The notes under the pieces are model-generated. The model was given only the letters and a program-made list of their open reading frames with translations, searched no databases and was not told where the DNA came from. A DNA stretch of 64,000 nt from Octopus vulgaris (lineage: Eukaryota). Every line of letters begins with the position of its first letter. The first letter of the stretch is position 1. A program made the translations under genes and the position numbers. This document shows positions 40,657-54,950 of the stretch, piece after piece. Where the stretch lies: contig OX597814.1 of NCBI GenBank assembly GCA_951406725.2, positions 30,504,001 to 30,568,000 on the forward strand, read 5' to 3'.

Positions 40657-41190
40657 TAAGACCTGACAGGACAAGTGAGTCCAGCCCACTTATGCATGCC
40701 TTTCCTACCTTGGACACACAAAGACTTGAGGCAAGCGAAGTCGATATCGAACCTCATCCGATGACAGGCACCCATGCTTGCGAAGACCTGTTGGGGCAAG
40801 TGAAATCGAAATCGGAATGGAAATTGAACCAATCCTATGACTGGCACCCGGCAGATGCCAAGACTCCTGGACTGGTGGTACGTAAAAAGCACTATCTGAA
40901 TTGTGGCCGATGCCAGCGCCGCCTCGACTGGCTTCCGTGCCGGTGGCACGTAAAATGCACCAATCCGACCGTGGCCGATGCCAGCCTCGCCTGGCACCTG
41001 TGCAGGTAGCACGTAAAAAGTACCCACTACGCTCACGGAGTGATTGATGTTAGGAAGAGCATCCAGCTGTAGAAACACTGCCAGATAAGACTGGAGCCTG
41101 GTGCAGCCTTCTGGCTTCCCAGATCCCCGGTCAAACTGTCCAACCCATGCGAGCATGGAGAACAGACGTTAAACGATGATGATGATGATG
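40657..41190 (+). mobile_element. Young RTE LINE 3' UTR copy
   Basis: Same 3' terminus and (GAT)n tail as 9021-10575; CpGs retained. Confidence 0.8.
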
Positions 41191-43481
41191 TGTGTGTGGT
41201 TCAAAATTGTGCGAGAGATAGGTAAGGTAACAGCAAACAAAGTATATTAGTTTGGCGCTCGGGGAAAATGAGTGATGTTTCAAGCCTTCACTCTTCTACA
41301 GAAAGAAATGAGGAGAGTGGAAAAAAAATGTGTCTGGATTAAGCTACACATACACACAGAGGCTTCTTTCAGTTTCTACTAAATACATACAAAAGGCTTT
41401 GGTTGATCTGGAATCATAGTAGAAAATAGCTTGTCCAAGGTGTGACGCTGTAGGATTGAATTTGAAACCATGTGGGTGGTAAGTGAACCTCTTAACCATT
41501 CAGCCATGCATGTGACTATATTAGGAAGTTTGGAAGGTGGCAAACTGGGCCTTAAAGAGTTTTAACATGCAGTGGTGGTAGTGGTGGTGGTGGTAAACAT
41601 TAGATGTGCTTGATTAAAAGGCCAATACCTGGGTTACTTTTAATTCTATCATTCTTATGTGAAAATTTCTTAAATGATGATAACTGCATCCTCCTACCTC
41701 CTGGAGGTAAGAGATCCGATTTTCTGTTTGATGGATATCTTGTGGAACAGAATGGTTGTCTATTTATCACACATCAATTTGCTGGTTAATTATGAAAGTT
41801 TTCTATCTTGGAAAAATAAAGTTTTTTCATACAGCTAATAGCAAGATGGTTGAAACTTAAAACATTTGCATATTGTTAGTATTATAGTTTTTACAGATGG
41901 AAGCCACAGGAAGACACCAGAGATAGCTAGATTTGCTGGAAATAACAGTAAAATCTCCCTTAAATCACACTTAATGGAAAGTATTTGATCATAAGCTTCC
42001 TCAGAGCCTATTAGGTTTAGATAAGACGTGTTTATTACTCAAACTGCAAGGTAAGAATGGAACATGTCTACCAAGAGTTATGTACCCTGTCCAATTATAC
42101 AACAATGTTTGAATTCCACCTTGGATTACTCTGCATGGAATAGGGTGGCCTGTAATCAGAGTTTATTGTTGAGATGTCATTTATCGACACTATCCACATG
42201 GCTTTTAATAATTATCCACCACTGCAAAGATCGGGAATATACTATAGTTAATTTCATTACCTTGAATTCAATCTTTCCTGTCATCCAGGGGCCAACAATG
42301 GGAAACTACTTGAATACCAAGCTTCTAATTACAGAGTGAATGATCAATGGCTATGATTCTATTTCAGCAATTAATTATAACAAAACGACATATCAGTTAC
42401 TGGCGAATTTAATGTTAGATTAATGAACTGGAAGGAGTCATACATACTTAATATTGGGTGACTTTGCTATCCACAACAATTATATAAATGATAATAGTTT
42501 GTTGTATTTTACACTAGTCAGTAATAAGCTTGTGACAAAAGCAATGTTATTTCAAAGGCATCTTAACATGTGAATGGTGCTTGAACTTTGTACTAATTGT
42601 AACCTATTTATCTATCAATTTAATACACAACAGAAAGAGCTACTAACAGTTTCATGCTTTTATGATACTTTAAATTGGCATATTCATAACATATGCCATG
42701 TATCTCTGAGTAGTCACCCATTAAAATAGCCTCCATCTTTCTCTCTTATATGAACCTTATTTGCTCTGACTGAATAATCTTATGGTCAAGTACATTCCAG
42801 CCATGCCTGCTTGGAGATAATTGGTATATTTTATAAATATGCCTTGTTAAAGTATCATAAAAGCATGGTTGTGTATTACATTGATGATAAGGTGCAGGAG
42901 TGGCTGTGTGGTAAGTAGCTTGCTTACCAGCCACATGGTTCTGGGTTCAGTCCCACTGCATGGTACCTTGGGCAAGTGTCTTCTACTATAGCCTCAGGCT
43001 GACCGAAGCCTTGTGAGTGGATTTGGAAGATGAAAACTGAAAGAAACCCGATGTTTGTGTGTCTGTGTTTGTCCCCCCCCCCCCCAACATTACTTGACAA
43101 CCGATGCTGGTGTGTTTATGTCCCCATCATTTGGTGGTTCGGCAAAAGAAACTGATAGAATAAGTACTAGGCTTATAAAGAATAAGTCTTGGGGTTGATT
43201 TGCTTGACTAAAGGTGGTGCTCCAGCATGGTCGCAGTCAAATGACTAAAACGAGTAAAAGTGTTTGAAATCTTGCATTCAAAAGACTTTGTATGTGAACA
43301 GGGTTCATGGCTGAATTTTGAAATTACTGTGGATAACTTAAATATCATGTCTCAAATTGAGGCATAAAATTCTTGATCACTTGGTGATGGAAGCATCATT
43401 TTCCTGATCACTCCACTTGCTTTTGTAACAAAAGCCCAAACTTTCATAACTACAACATCCAGTTTTAAGGGAGGAGGTGAG

Positions 43482-44093
43482 GGGCTAATTATCTGATTCC
43501 CCTTATGAGACAAGACTAATGAGTAATAACCAGGGCTAATAATCTGATTCCCCTTATGAGACAAGACTAATGAGTAATAACCAGGGCTAATAATCTGATT
43601 CCCCTTATGAGACAAGACTAATGAGTAATAACCAGGGCTAATAATCTGATTCCTCTTATGAGACAAGACTAATGAGTAATAACCAGGGCTAATAATCTGA
43701 TTCCTCTTATGAGACAAGACTAATGAGTAATAACCAGGGCTAATAATCTGATTCCTCTTATGAGACAAGACTAATGAGTAATAACCAGGGCTAATAATCT
43801 GATTCCTCTTATGAGACAAGACTAATGAGTAATAACCAGGGCTAATAATCTGATTCCTCTTATGAGACAAGACTAATGAGTAATAACCAGGGCTAATAAT
43901 CTGATTCTTCTTATGAGACAAGACTAATGAGTACTAACCAGGGCTAATAATCTGATTCCTCTTATGAGACATGACTAATGAGTAATAACTAGGGCTAATA
44001 ATCTGATTCCTCTTATGAGACAAGACTAACGAGTAATAACCAGGGCTAATAATCTGATTCCCCTTATGAGACAAGACTAATGAGTAATAACCA
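43482..44093. repeat. 51-bp minisatellite, 12 copies
   Basis: Unit gggctaataatctgattcc(c/t)cttatgagacaagactaatgagtaataacca starts at 43482, 43533 and so on up to 44043. Confidence 0.97.
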
Positions 44094-44660
44094 AGCTATT
44101 CATTTATATGGATTGATTCACTAGTGATTGTTGAGACTACAGCAACTTTTCTGTTTCACCACCAGATACAAAACCAGCAGTGACAAGCCTATTGTCATAG
44201 TATTTTACAGCTAATGGAAGCACATCATAAGCTACTCCATTTGATGATAATATCTATCTTATTTATGAAGCAGTACAAATAGGATGGAATGCCGTACATT
44301 TGTGGTAAAAGAAAAGAAAATTCCATAAAGATGTACATTTTCATATGTAGTATGGTGGCATGTATAAAACCCCCAGTACACTGTAAAGGAGTTGATGTTA
44401 GGAAGAGCATCCAGCCATAGAAACCAAACTAAAACAGACGAACTAGGTGTTGTCTTTGGCCTTTTCAAGTCTTGTCCAATCCATGCCAGCATGGAAAACT
44501 AGTGTTAAATGTTGATGATGATGAGTACTGCAGGCCATATCTGCAGTGTTGGCTCTGAAGGTGATGTTGATTTGACTGAGCTTTATTGCTATGAAGCAGG
44601 CTAGTCTAAAATATACTGTTGTTGAAGCCAAAATCTTATGTTTACAAAAGAACAGAAATA

Positions 44661-45156
44661 CCGTACATCCTTGAGTATAATACACAGGGGATTTTCAGGG
44701 GGCTGTACCTCTGAAAAACCTAAACCTTGTGTATAATACACATCCCTTCTCTAACTTGAGTCAAGGAGGTCTATATAACGTCCTTGGTTTGTAAAAATGC
44801 ATGCAGTAACATCCTTTATTATTATTGTATATATAACATAATGCAAACGTGTAGCTTTTTCGTGCATTTTGTTTGCAGAAAATAAAGAAACAACAGTAAT
44901 AACGTTTAATAAATGTTGCTCACTGCAAGTTATGGATGATTCTTTTATGACTTCATTGCTTTCAGGCTTAGCTTAAGGTATTTTCGCGTCCGACATCACA
45001 AAATGCGTCTAAATAAACATTGCCGGACAGCAAATAGAGACTCGGACATTGCTTAGAAAATAATATTCATTTTTATCCTCGTATATAGTACGCACTAGGG
45101 ATTTTGACCTTTAAATTTTGGGGAAAAAAATGCGGATTATACTCAAGGATTTACGG
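44661..45156. mobile_element. Tc1/mariner-superfamily (pogo/Tigger-like) MITE
   Basis: TA TSD; TIR ccgtacatccttgagtataat / attatactcaaggatttacgg. Confidence 0.82.
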
Positions 45157-45477
45157 TATGTATTTGTTCGTGACAGCTAATCAGCTTGTCTAAAAATGAA
45201 ACGATGTAGCAGATTTAACTTCTAATGTTGCTTTGTTAGAATGATACTCTCATGGCCTTAAGAGCGGTTCAAATTTTACACAAACATGCATTATCCATGT
45301 ATGCGCAAATATGCTCAGTTCTTCTCAAAGACTTTTGAAGGTGTTTGAAAAATCGAGCCTAAGAATATTATGCATCCACCTCGTTCTGTGTGAGTGTTCT
45401 CCAGTCACAGTGTGTTGTGAAGATTTGGATTAATGTTAACTCCAGGTCGGTTTTGCTCGTGCACATTTAGGATCAAA

Positions 45478-45895
45478 GGCGGCGAGCTGGCAGAAACGTT
45501 AGCACGCCGGGCGAAATGCTTAGCGGTATTTCGTCTGCGTTACGTTGTGAGTTCAAATTCCGCCGAGGTCGACTTTGCCTTTCATCCTTTCGGGGTCGAT
45601 AAATTAAGTACCAGTTACGCACTGGGTCGATGTAATCGACTTAATACCTATGTCTGTCCTTGTTTGTCCCCTCTGTGTTTAGCCCCTTGTGGGTAATAAA
45701 GAAATAGGTATTTCGTCTGCGTTACGTTGTGAGTTCAAATTCCGCCGAGGTCGACTTTGCCTTTCATCCTTTCGAGGTCGATAAATTAAGTACCAGTTAC
45801 GCACTGGGGTCGATGTAATCGACTTAATACCTATGTCTGTCCTTGTTTGTCCCCTCTGTGTTTAGCCCCTTGTGGGTAATAAAGAAATAGGTATT
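45478..45895 (+). mobile_element. SINE family C head-to-tail dimer
   Basis: Full head, then units starting at 45526 and 45708, plus 5 nt of a third at 45891. Confidence 0.9.
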
Positions 45896-46331
45896 CAAAC
45901 TTTGATTATCTAAAAGGTCTTTTAAAGTTTTGTAGGTAGCATGGTATAATTTATCAAGTCGAATGAGCACGTTAGATGAGACTTCATACTTTGCTTGGTT
46001 GTTATACAATTGTGGGCAGCTGAAGGTAACTTCAGGGTCACCAAATGCATCTCCGCCCTTCCCCACTATTGCCAATTCAAGTAATCTTATCTTAATCGTT
46101 ACCTCTGAAGTGCAAACTGACCTCCATTTACATTAACCTGGCTAGTGATGGACAATATAGATGGTAACTATTTAAGGCGCAACGTGCAATGGGAGATTGT
46201 TAATGGGTTCTTTAGAGGAGAAACAGCAGCTTCCTCGAACCTTTCCGGGCATCCACGATGAGCGAAGAGAAGTTTTCTGTAGAACCCGTCTTTGAATGCT
46301 TGCAATGGAGTGGTCTCTTATTTTCATTCCC

Positions 46332-46985
46332 ATTTTTATTTTTCGGGCCTCCGTCGGTCATGGCTGACCATGGATGATGTCATCTGTCCGTTGAGTTGTC
46401 TATTCAGTTTTTGCAACGCTTCCTGTGGCTGTAGAGACCGATGCGAGAGTGGCAGTCTCGTTTGCAGAGGTCACGCCTATACATTGAATCCGGTCTGTTG
46501 GCTGTCATTTCTCTTCTGCGGGCTCGGTTTCCAGCTGCCGCCGCCCTCAAATTCTCTTCGCCGGTCCGCAGTTGTGTGTGAAGAGTGCCTCTCCAGCTGG
46601 TTCGGTCGGCTGCTAGATCCTCCCAGGAATTGGTGTTGATGCCAAGTGCCTTCACATCCCTCCTGCTCACGTCCCTGTACCTCAGCCTCTGGCGGCCAAT
46701 GGTTCTCTGCCCTGCGTCAAGCTCTCCGAAGAGGACATCCTTTGGGATCTGACCATCCGCCATACGGCGAACATGGCCAAGTCAGCGCAGCCGACATTGT
46801 CTTAGCAAGGTGAGCATGGTGGGGAGGCCAGCACGAGATAGAACGTCAGTCTTGCCAGGAGATGCCGAGTATGCGTCGGAGGCTTCTGAGGTGGAAGGTG
46901 TTAAGCCGTTTCTCCTGGCGGGCGTACGCGGTCCATGTCTCGCTGCAGGGTATTGAGGACGCAAGCACAGTACACACCATTTTCA
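46332..46985 (-). mobile_element. 5'-truncated GC-rich RTE (BovB-like) LINE, second RTE family
   Basis: M.DG.IPKDVLFGEL..G.R..GRQRLRYRD...WEDLAADR..WR and a C-terminal zinc-finger-like C.RDCHSRIGLYSH; A-rich tail. Confidence 0.9.
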
Positions 46986-48417
46986 TACCGTTCCCGTCGA
47001 ATAAATTTCGTCCACAAGGTTTTGATAGACTTGGCTCTCAGGTAGAAAGCGCTTTCCGAATGTGCGGCGCAGAGGTAGCCTGAAACAAAACTGAAGTTGC
47101 CGGTCATGCCTGCACATTTGGCTTTGGTAGACACGAAGCTCTGGTATAAAACAACTAGCAACGGTGCTGTGCTATGGGATCGAAACCATAACTGCGAAGT
47201 TGTGAAGTAAATTTGTTAGCCACATAGCTACTACACCTGTGTCTGTAATGCAATCTTTTCCACGTTAAATACGTTCTGAACTAGCATCCTCAGCTTGGAT
47301 GTCATTCAACTACGATGGATTTTCTAGATGTATAAAAAAACGTCTTTTCATTTTAGAGGTATCCAGGAGTCTATCAATTTTTTTTTTCGGGTGGTAAAAA
47401 TAGGAAAACGAGGATTTGACAGTTATATTTAGCAAGATGAACAACCACATATAGGTTCCCTTGTGGGCTTGAACGTTTGCTTTCGTAGCTATATGGCTAG
47501 TAAGTAAACTTTTAAAACCTGCTTCACAATGACGGACACGGAATTAAAACAACGGACCTATTCCTATATAATCAATAATTAATCACTTTCACATCATGTG
47601 CCGTATAACGAGCTTACAAATTATTCAACAAGCCACTATATACTATAATGAGTCAGTACATTATTAACGTATCTTCGTTGTATAAAAAGTTAGCACAAGT
47701 CTGTACTTTTATATAATTACTTTTATATAACAATCCATTGAATTCTTATGAGGCCATCATTAAATCAACAGCTTATTTTGAGAAATTCGGTAACAGGAGT
47801 TTCCGGTTGACTTAATCGTAAATTAGTGGTTTAGCTGTTGACCTTATAGTTTACACAGTTTCCATCTCTGCCAGCTAAGTACGGGCCTTGCCCTGCGACC
47901 GATAGCTTTTTCATTGGTCAAGCTTGTGCTAATATGAAAACAGCTTAAAGTGAAAATTACAATCAGCGAACATTTTGAAAACTATTTTGATAGGCGTAGA
48001 ATATACCCCGAGAGGACAGCAGCAGTTCGAGAAGGAAACTCTGGTCTGTTGGAAAATTAATAAAATAAAACGTGTGCAAGAAGCTGGAAAGAACACGTAA
48101 ACGAAATGATTAGACCATGGATGAATTTGTAAGTGTGGTGGCGTTATTTAACAACAATATTGTTGATATGAAAATTACTATGATGATAGGGTAGGGAAGG
48201 TCAGCCAGCACGTATTAGACATCTGTTAACCCTCCAGTTGAAACGTGTACGTGATTTTGTATGTAACAATATACTGGACTGACTTGTCTCCCGGTTTCAT
48301 TTGAGCCAACGAAATCTCATTAATTCTACAGTGTTCTCTCCCTTTATAGCTGTTAGTGCGTACGTAATTGGTACATCTACGTTTATCACCATTCATTCAT
48401 TACTGATCTGGCATGAT

Positions 48418-48800
48418 GGAAGCACTCCGTCGGTTACGACGACGAGGGTTCCGGTTGATCCGAATCAACGGAACAGCCTGCTCGTGAAATTAACGTGTAA
48501 GTGGCTGAGCACTCCACAGACACGTGCACCCTTAACGTAGTTCTCGGGGATATTCAGCGTGACGCAGAGAGTGACAAGGCCGGCCCTTTGAAATACAGGT
48601 ACAACAGAAACAGGAAGTAAGAGTGAGAGAAAGTTGTGGTGAAAGAGTACAGCAGGGATCACCACCATCCCCTGCCGGAGCCTCGTGGAGCTTTTAGGTG
48701 TTTTCGCTCAATAAACACTCACAACGCCCGGTCTGGGAATCAAAACCGCGATCCTACGACCGCGAGTCCGCTGCCCTAACCACTGGGCCATTGCGCCTTC
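48418..48800 (-). mobile_element. SINE family A (tRNA-derived head ggcgcaatggcccagtggttagggcagcggactc)
   Basis: A/B boxes; near-identical copies at 52416-52797(-) and 59578-59944(+); variant at 49735-50060(-). Confidence 0.9.
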
Positions 48801-51800
48801 TGATCTGGCATAACACGGTACACTCAATAGTGAATCATGTTACACTTATCATGAATTGATCTGTAATAACACGGGTTAGTATTCAGTCAAAGATTCTGCA
48901 GATTATGGTATTTTTCAGTTTTTCTTTTATTTACTGATCATACGTTATTAAATTTTTTACTCAAAATATTTTTTCAAACACGAAACAATATCATTATGTG
49001 TGTTCACAAAACTATTTGGAGGTGTTTATTTGGGTAAGTTAAGAGGACAACTTGGGGTCACTGATTTATTAAACACGGTGTTTTTTTTTGTTCTTTGCTT
49101 CTTTGGAACCAAACTTTTGTGATAAATGAGGATAGTGGTATTACCTTGGGTACTTGAAGTGAGCCAGGGACTTATTGCTTGAGCTATTGATAAAGCGCAG
49201 CACCAAGGGTTGAGTCGGATGGACAATCTCACACTCTTGACCCTTTAACTGATTGTGTGATGCCCGGTGTTGTTTAATCTTGGGCTGGTCCTGATTGAGA
49301 AAGCCCTCAATATTTTTAACATATCAATCCCATCTTTCCTTTAAGCATTGCATATCTAGGACCCTACCATTCATCGTATTCTTCCCTTATCACGCTGCTA
49401 TGGTATCGTTCGAGGGAAATTTTGCTACTATATCTAGCAGTTCGAGCGATCACATAAAGACTTGATGTACTTCTATTTTGGGATTTATGGCACAAGGTAA
49501 TGCATTTGCTGAGTGGTGGGGCACCGAACTAAATGTCTTATTGTGTTTAGCTTCATCATATTATATTTTGTGTTTGAACTCTTCCGTGCAAGCTAGTTCG
49601 ATTAAGTACCAGTTATGTAATGTGGTCGATTGAAGTAACAATAACTTTTTACGAGTGTATAACCTTGCGTTAGTGTATATAGTCACCGGATGCTTATTTC
49701 AAATTGGAGGTACGTGATATAAAGGAGTTACAGGGGAGCACTCCGTCGGTTACGACGACGAGGGTCCCAGCTGATACGATCAACGGAACAGCTTGCTCGT
49801 GAAATTAACGTGCAAATGGCTGAGCATTCCACAGACACGTGTACCCTTAACGTAGTTCGCAAGGAAATTCAGCGTGACACAGAGTGTGACAAGGCTGGCC
49901 CTTTGAAATACAGGTACAACTCATTTTTGCCTGCTGAGTGGACTGGAGCAACGTGAAATAAAGTGTCTTGCTCAAGGACACAACGCGTCGCCGGGAATCG
50001 AACTCACAACCTTACGATCATGAGCCGAATGCCCTAACCACTAAGCCACGCGCCCTCACAAAGGAGTTACAACATCTTTGGTAGAAATCATATCCATTCC
50101 TAATCAGAACAGCTCATTTAAGCACCCAGCTTAAAATCTGGAGTATCACAAACTGTATACCGTTGTGTGCCACATCTTAAGCTTTGGAAGTAGTAGACCG
50201 GTTAAAATCGGGTTGAGAGTAGCAAACAAGTTTTAAACCCATAATGAAATACTTTAGGCTTGTCACTTTATGCATATGAAGACTATGCGGAGGAAAGCCG
50301 ACCATTAGCGGTGAAGTGTCAACCGACAGAAAGACAATATCCAGTAATGTCCCTGCGAGACGCATACCTTAGGGTACGGTGAAACTCGGAGTTCGCCCTG
50401 ACAATCCCATTGCATTGTCTTTTTATTGCCAGTCTCAGGAAAGCTTCAGGACGAGAGTGTGAGATTGTCCATCCGACTCAACCCTCTTTGCCTATAATCC
50501 AAGTTCATCACAGATAAAAAAAAACTAAAAAAAAACTTGAACTTTCATGAACAATAGACATTTCATGGCGGTTGACGTTTGTCACAATGAAATATCGCCA
50601 TTTCCGTAGTTTCCCCCCAATCGTGAGGACACACTGAATGTACAATGTAGGTGGGAACATTTGCGATTCTTCGGTCGCTGCGCAGCTGCTTCCATCTTGG
50701 CTGATGTTCTCTTTAAGAAGTACTGTCAGATTATATGAGCTGGAACCTTGATCATCAGCCAAAATGCAAGACAAATAAGTAAAAAAGACCCAAAAAACAA
50801 AAAAAACAAAACAATACAAAACTGGTTGCCAGAATGGTTCGTAGTATTTAGTCAATTTACGTTCTAAGTTCAAATCCTATCGGAGTCTATTTCGTTCATT
50901 TTTTCACCCTTCCAGGTTCGAAAAAATAGTCACCAGCCAAGTACTTGTGTCGATTAAAACAGATTGTTTTGTTCTTTCGAAATATGGCTTTGTGCCAATG
51001 CTGAAAATCGATAATCATCGGACGGTTGACGAACAAAATATATGTAAAAAAGATTGGTAAAATCTGATCTAAGTTAAAGAAGTAATTTTGTATACTCTTA
51101 CTCTTTTACTCTTTTACTTGTTTCAGTCATTTTGACTGCGGCCATGCTGGAGCACCGCCTTTAGTCGAGCAAATCGACCCCGGGACTTATTCTTTGTAAG
51201 CCCAGTACTTATTCTATCGGTCTCTTTTTGCCGAACCGCTAAGTGACGGGGACGTAAGCACACCAGCATCGGTTGTCAAGCAATGCTAGGGGGACAAACA
51301 CAGACACACAAACACATACATATAAATATATATATACATATTATACGACAGGCTTCTTTCAGTTTCCGTCTACCAAAACCACTCACAAGGCTTTGGTCGG
51401 CCCGGGGCTATAGTAGAAGACACTTGCCCAAGATCCCACGCAGTAGGACTGAACCCGGAACCATGTGGTTGGTAGCAAGCTACTTACCACACAGCCACTC
51501 CTGTGCCTATTGTATGTTGGTGAATAATTTCAACTGCTTATCTTTTAATTGTGTTTGTTGAAAATGTTACTAGTAAGGACTTGTAGAATTCTTGAGCTTT
51601 TAATTTTAAGATATGACATTACTAGATCAATATTATAGAAGTAGGAGTCACGGATATGAGAAATTTGAACTGTGTATGTAGAGAAGACGCTTGATATTGA
51701 TAAATATGCAAATAGAGGATATTGAAGCATAATTTATTTTTCTGACTTTGAGATATTTCAAGACTTAACCCAAGAGAAACGGAAATGTGTTACTTCGTAA

Positions 51801-53608
51801 ACAAGAATTAAAAAAAGAAAGCAAAAAGAAAAACACACACACGTGCGCAAAAAAACAAAAAAAAAACAAAACAAAACAAAATAAACAAAAAAAATTATAT
51901 TTTTATGAATATATAGATGCACGCATGGCTGTGTTAGTTAAGAATCCTACTTTGAAAACACATGGTTGTCATTACAACTCTTGGGCAAGTCTCTTGCTGT
52001 AGCCTCGGACCGACCAGTGCCTTGTGAGTGAATTTGGTTGACAGAAACTTCACGGAAGCCCGACGTGTGTGTGTGTGTGCGCACGCAGGTGTGTGTTGTA
52101 TGTGTATGTTGTTTGTGTTTGTCCTCTCTACCGCTTGACAACCGGTATTGGTTTGTTTACGTCTCCATAACTTAGTGGTTCAGCAAAATAGTCTGACAGA
52201 ATAAGTACAAGACTTAAAAAAACAAAAAACAACTACTAGGGCGATTTGTTTGACTAAACCCTTCAAGGCGATGCTCCAGCATGGCCGCAGTCAAATGAAC
52301 GAAACAAAAGATAAAGGTATAACAGAAGTAGCAGTTTTCGGTATCCTTAGAGTGTCGGTTAACTGAAAGGTCCATGGTTCGTGCCTCGGTGTTGCATTGT
52401 ATTATTATTAGGTGTGGAAGCACTCCGTCGGTTACGACGACGAGGGTTCCGGTTGATCCGAATCAACGGAACAGCCTGCTCGTGAAATTAACGTGTAAGT
52501 GGCTGAGCACTCCACAGACACGTGTACCCTTAACATAGTTCTCGGGGATATTCAGCGTGACACAGAGAATGACAAGGCCGGCCCTTTGAAATTCAGGTAC
52601 AACAGAAACAGGAAGTAAGAGTGAGAGAAAGTTGTGGTGAAAGAGTACAGCAGGGATCACCACCATCCCCTGCCGGTGCCTCGTGGAGCTTTAGGTGTTT
52701 TCGCTCAATAAACACTCACAACGCCCGGTCTGGGAATCGAAACCGCGAACCTACGACCGCGAGTCCGCTGCCCTAACCACTGGGCCATTGCGCCTCCTAT
52801 TATTAGGTATGGTTGTGTGGTTAAGTAGTTTGTTTTGCAGCTACATCGTTTCAGGTTCATTTCTACATAGTTCCAGGTTAATTTTTCTGAGAGTGAAATT
52901 TTGCAACCAACGACCAAACGATTTCCTTTTCTGGTCTTGCGGATTCGGATGAAGAAGGAATGGGGGGATGCAATTTGAATCATGCTGATGGATCGCATCA
53001 AGAATTCGTACGTGAAACAGGCTGATTCAAATAAAGAATCGTCACCCATAATGCTTCTAATTTTCATATTTTCTTTTCTACTCAAGGTACAAGACCCGAA
53101 ATTTTTTGGGAGGAACCAGTCAATTAGATCGGTCCCAGTACGCAACTGGTACTTGATTCATCGAACCCCAAAAAGGATGAAAGGCAAAGTCGATCTCGGT
53201 GGAATTTGAACTCAGAACGTAAAGACAGACAAGGTACCTATTTCTTTACTATCCACAAGGGGCTAAACACAGAGGGGACAAACAAGGACAGACAAACAGA
53301 TTAAGTCGATTACATCGACCCCAGTGCGTAACTGGTACTTATTTAATCGACCTCGAAAGGATGACAGGCAAAGTCAACCTCGGCGGAATTTGAACTCAGA
53401 ACGTAGCAGCAGACGAAATACTGCTAAGCATTTTGCCCGGCGTGCTAACGATTCTGCCAGCTCGCCGCCTTTCTAATTTTCATATATTAGGATAACAAAA
53501 ATATTCCTTTATGTTAAGCATCCTTACATAATACAAGTATAAAGAAAAAGATAAGAACAAAATTCACCCGTTCAAAAACAAATTGAAAATTCAATTACCA
53601 TTATAGAT

Positions 53609-53799
53609 CAGCGTTTTTGAGACTTTTTTTTATCGCGGCCCTTTTTATTTATCTCGTGACCCACTGAAGGATCGGGACCCACATTTTTAAAAACGCTGGT
53701 TTATTTTTGGCACTTAGCACCTACCTGCGTTTTTCTTTCTTTTCTTATTTTTTTGTGGCGACCCACTGAAGGAACGTACCCACAGTTTGAAAAACGCTG
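53609..53799. mobile_element. hAT-type MITE
   Basis: TIR cagcgttttt / aaaaacgctg; 8-bp TSD ttatagat/atatagat; internal duplication of the right end. Confidence 0.75.
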
Positions 53800-54097
53800 A
53801 TATAGATAACATATCGTTTTTACCGGTGGAATACGAAGTAGATAGTGCTATAAAATATTAGTTTCAAATTTTGGTACAAGGCCAGCAGGTTTCAGGGAGG
53901 GGTAAGTCGATTACATCGACCTCATTGCTCAACTAGAACTTATTTCATCGACCCCCGAGGATGAAAGGCAAGGTCGAATTCGACGGAATTCGAACTTAGA
54001 ACGTAGATTCGCTAGAAATGCCGCTAAGCATTTTTTCCGGTGCGACAACAATTCTGCCAGTTCGCAGCCCTAATCACTTTCAATATTAAAGGGAGAA

Positions 54098-54950
54098 GGC
54101 GGCGAGCTGCCAGAATCGTTAGCACTTAATCCGTTTGTCTGTCCTTGTTTGTCTTCTCTGTATTTAGCCCCTTGTGGGTAGTAAAGAAATAAGTATTTCG
54201 TCTGCCGTTACGTTCTGAGTTCAAAGTCCGCCGAGGTCGACTTTGCCTTTCATCGTTTCGGGATCGATAAATTAAGTACCAGTTAAGCACTAGGGTCGAT
54301 GTAATCGACTTAATCCGTTTGTCTGTCCTTGTTTGTCTTCTCTATGTTTAGCCCCTTGTAGGTGATAAAGAAATAGGTATTTCGTCTGCCTCTACGTTCT
54401 GAGTTCAAATTTCCGCCGAGGTCGACTTTGCCTTTCATCCTTTCGGGGTCGATTAAATAAGTACCAGTTACGCACTGGGGTCGATATAATCGACTTAATC
54501 CGTTTGTCTGTCCTTGTTTGTCCTCTCTGTGTTTAACCCCTTGTTGGTAGTAAAGAAATAAAAATAGGTATTTCGCCTGTTGCTACGTTCTGAGTTCAGA
54601 TTGCGCCGCCGTCGACTTTGCCTTTCATCCTTTAGGGGTCAATAAATTAAGTACCAGTTACGCACTGGGGTAGATCTAATCGACTTAATCCCCTTGTCTG
54701 TCCTTGTTTGTCCCCTCTATGTTTAGCCTCTTGTGGGCAATAAAAAAGTAAGAATCGTTAGCTCGCCGGACGAAATGCTTAGCGGTATTTCGCCTGTCTC
54801 TACATTCTGAGTTCAGATTCCGCTGCCGTCGACTTTACCTTTCATCCTTTCAGGGTCGATAAATTAAATACCAGTTGCGTACTGAGGGCGATGAAATCGA
54901 CTTTCTCCCTCCCCAAAATTTCATGCCTTATGCCTATAGTAGAAAAGAAT
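54098..54950 (+). mobile_element. SINE family C multimer (4-5 partial or full units)
   Basis: Repeated units of about 184 bp joined at gaaata(a/g)gtatttcg. Confidence 0.88.

Noticed and set aside
43482-44093. Possible CRISPR array
   Set aside because: Contiguous tandem units with no unique spacers, no cas genes, and a eukaryotic context.
45526-45707. Hammerhead retrozyme in the SINE multimer unit
   Set aside because: No CUGANGA core on either strand; the unit has a pol III B box instead.
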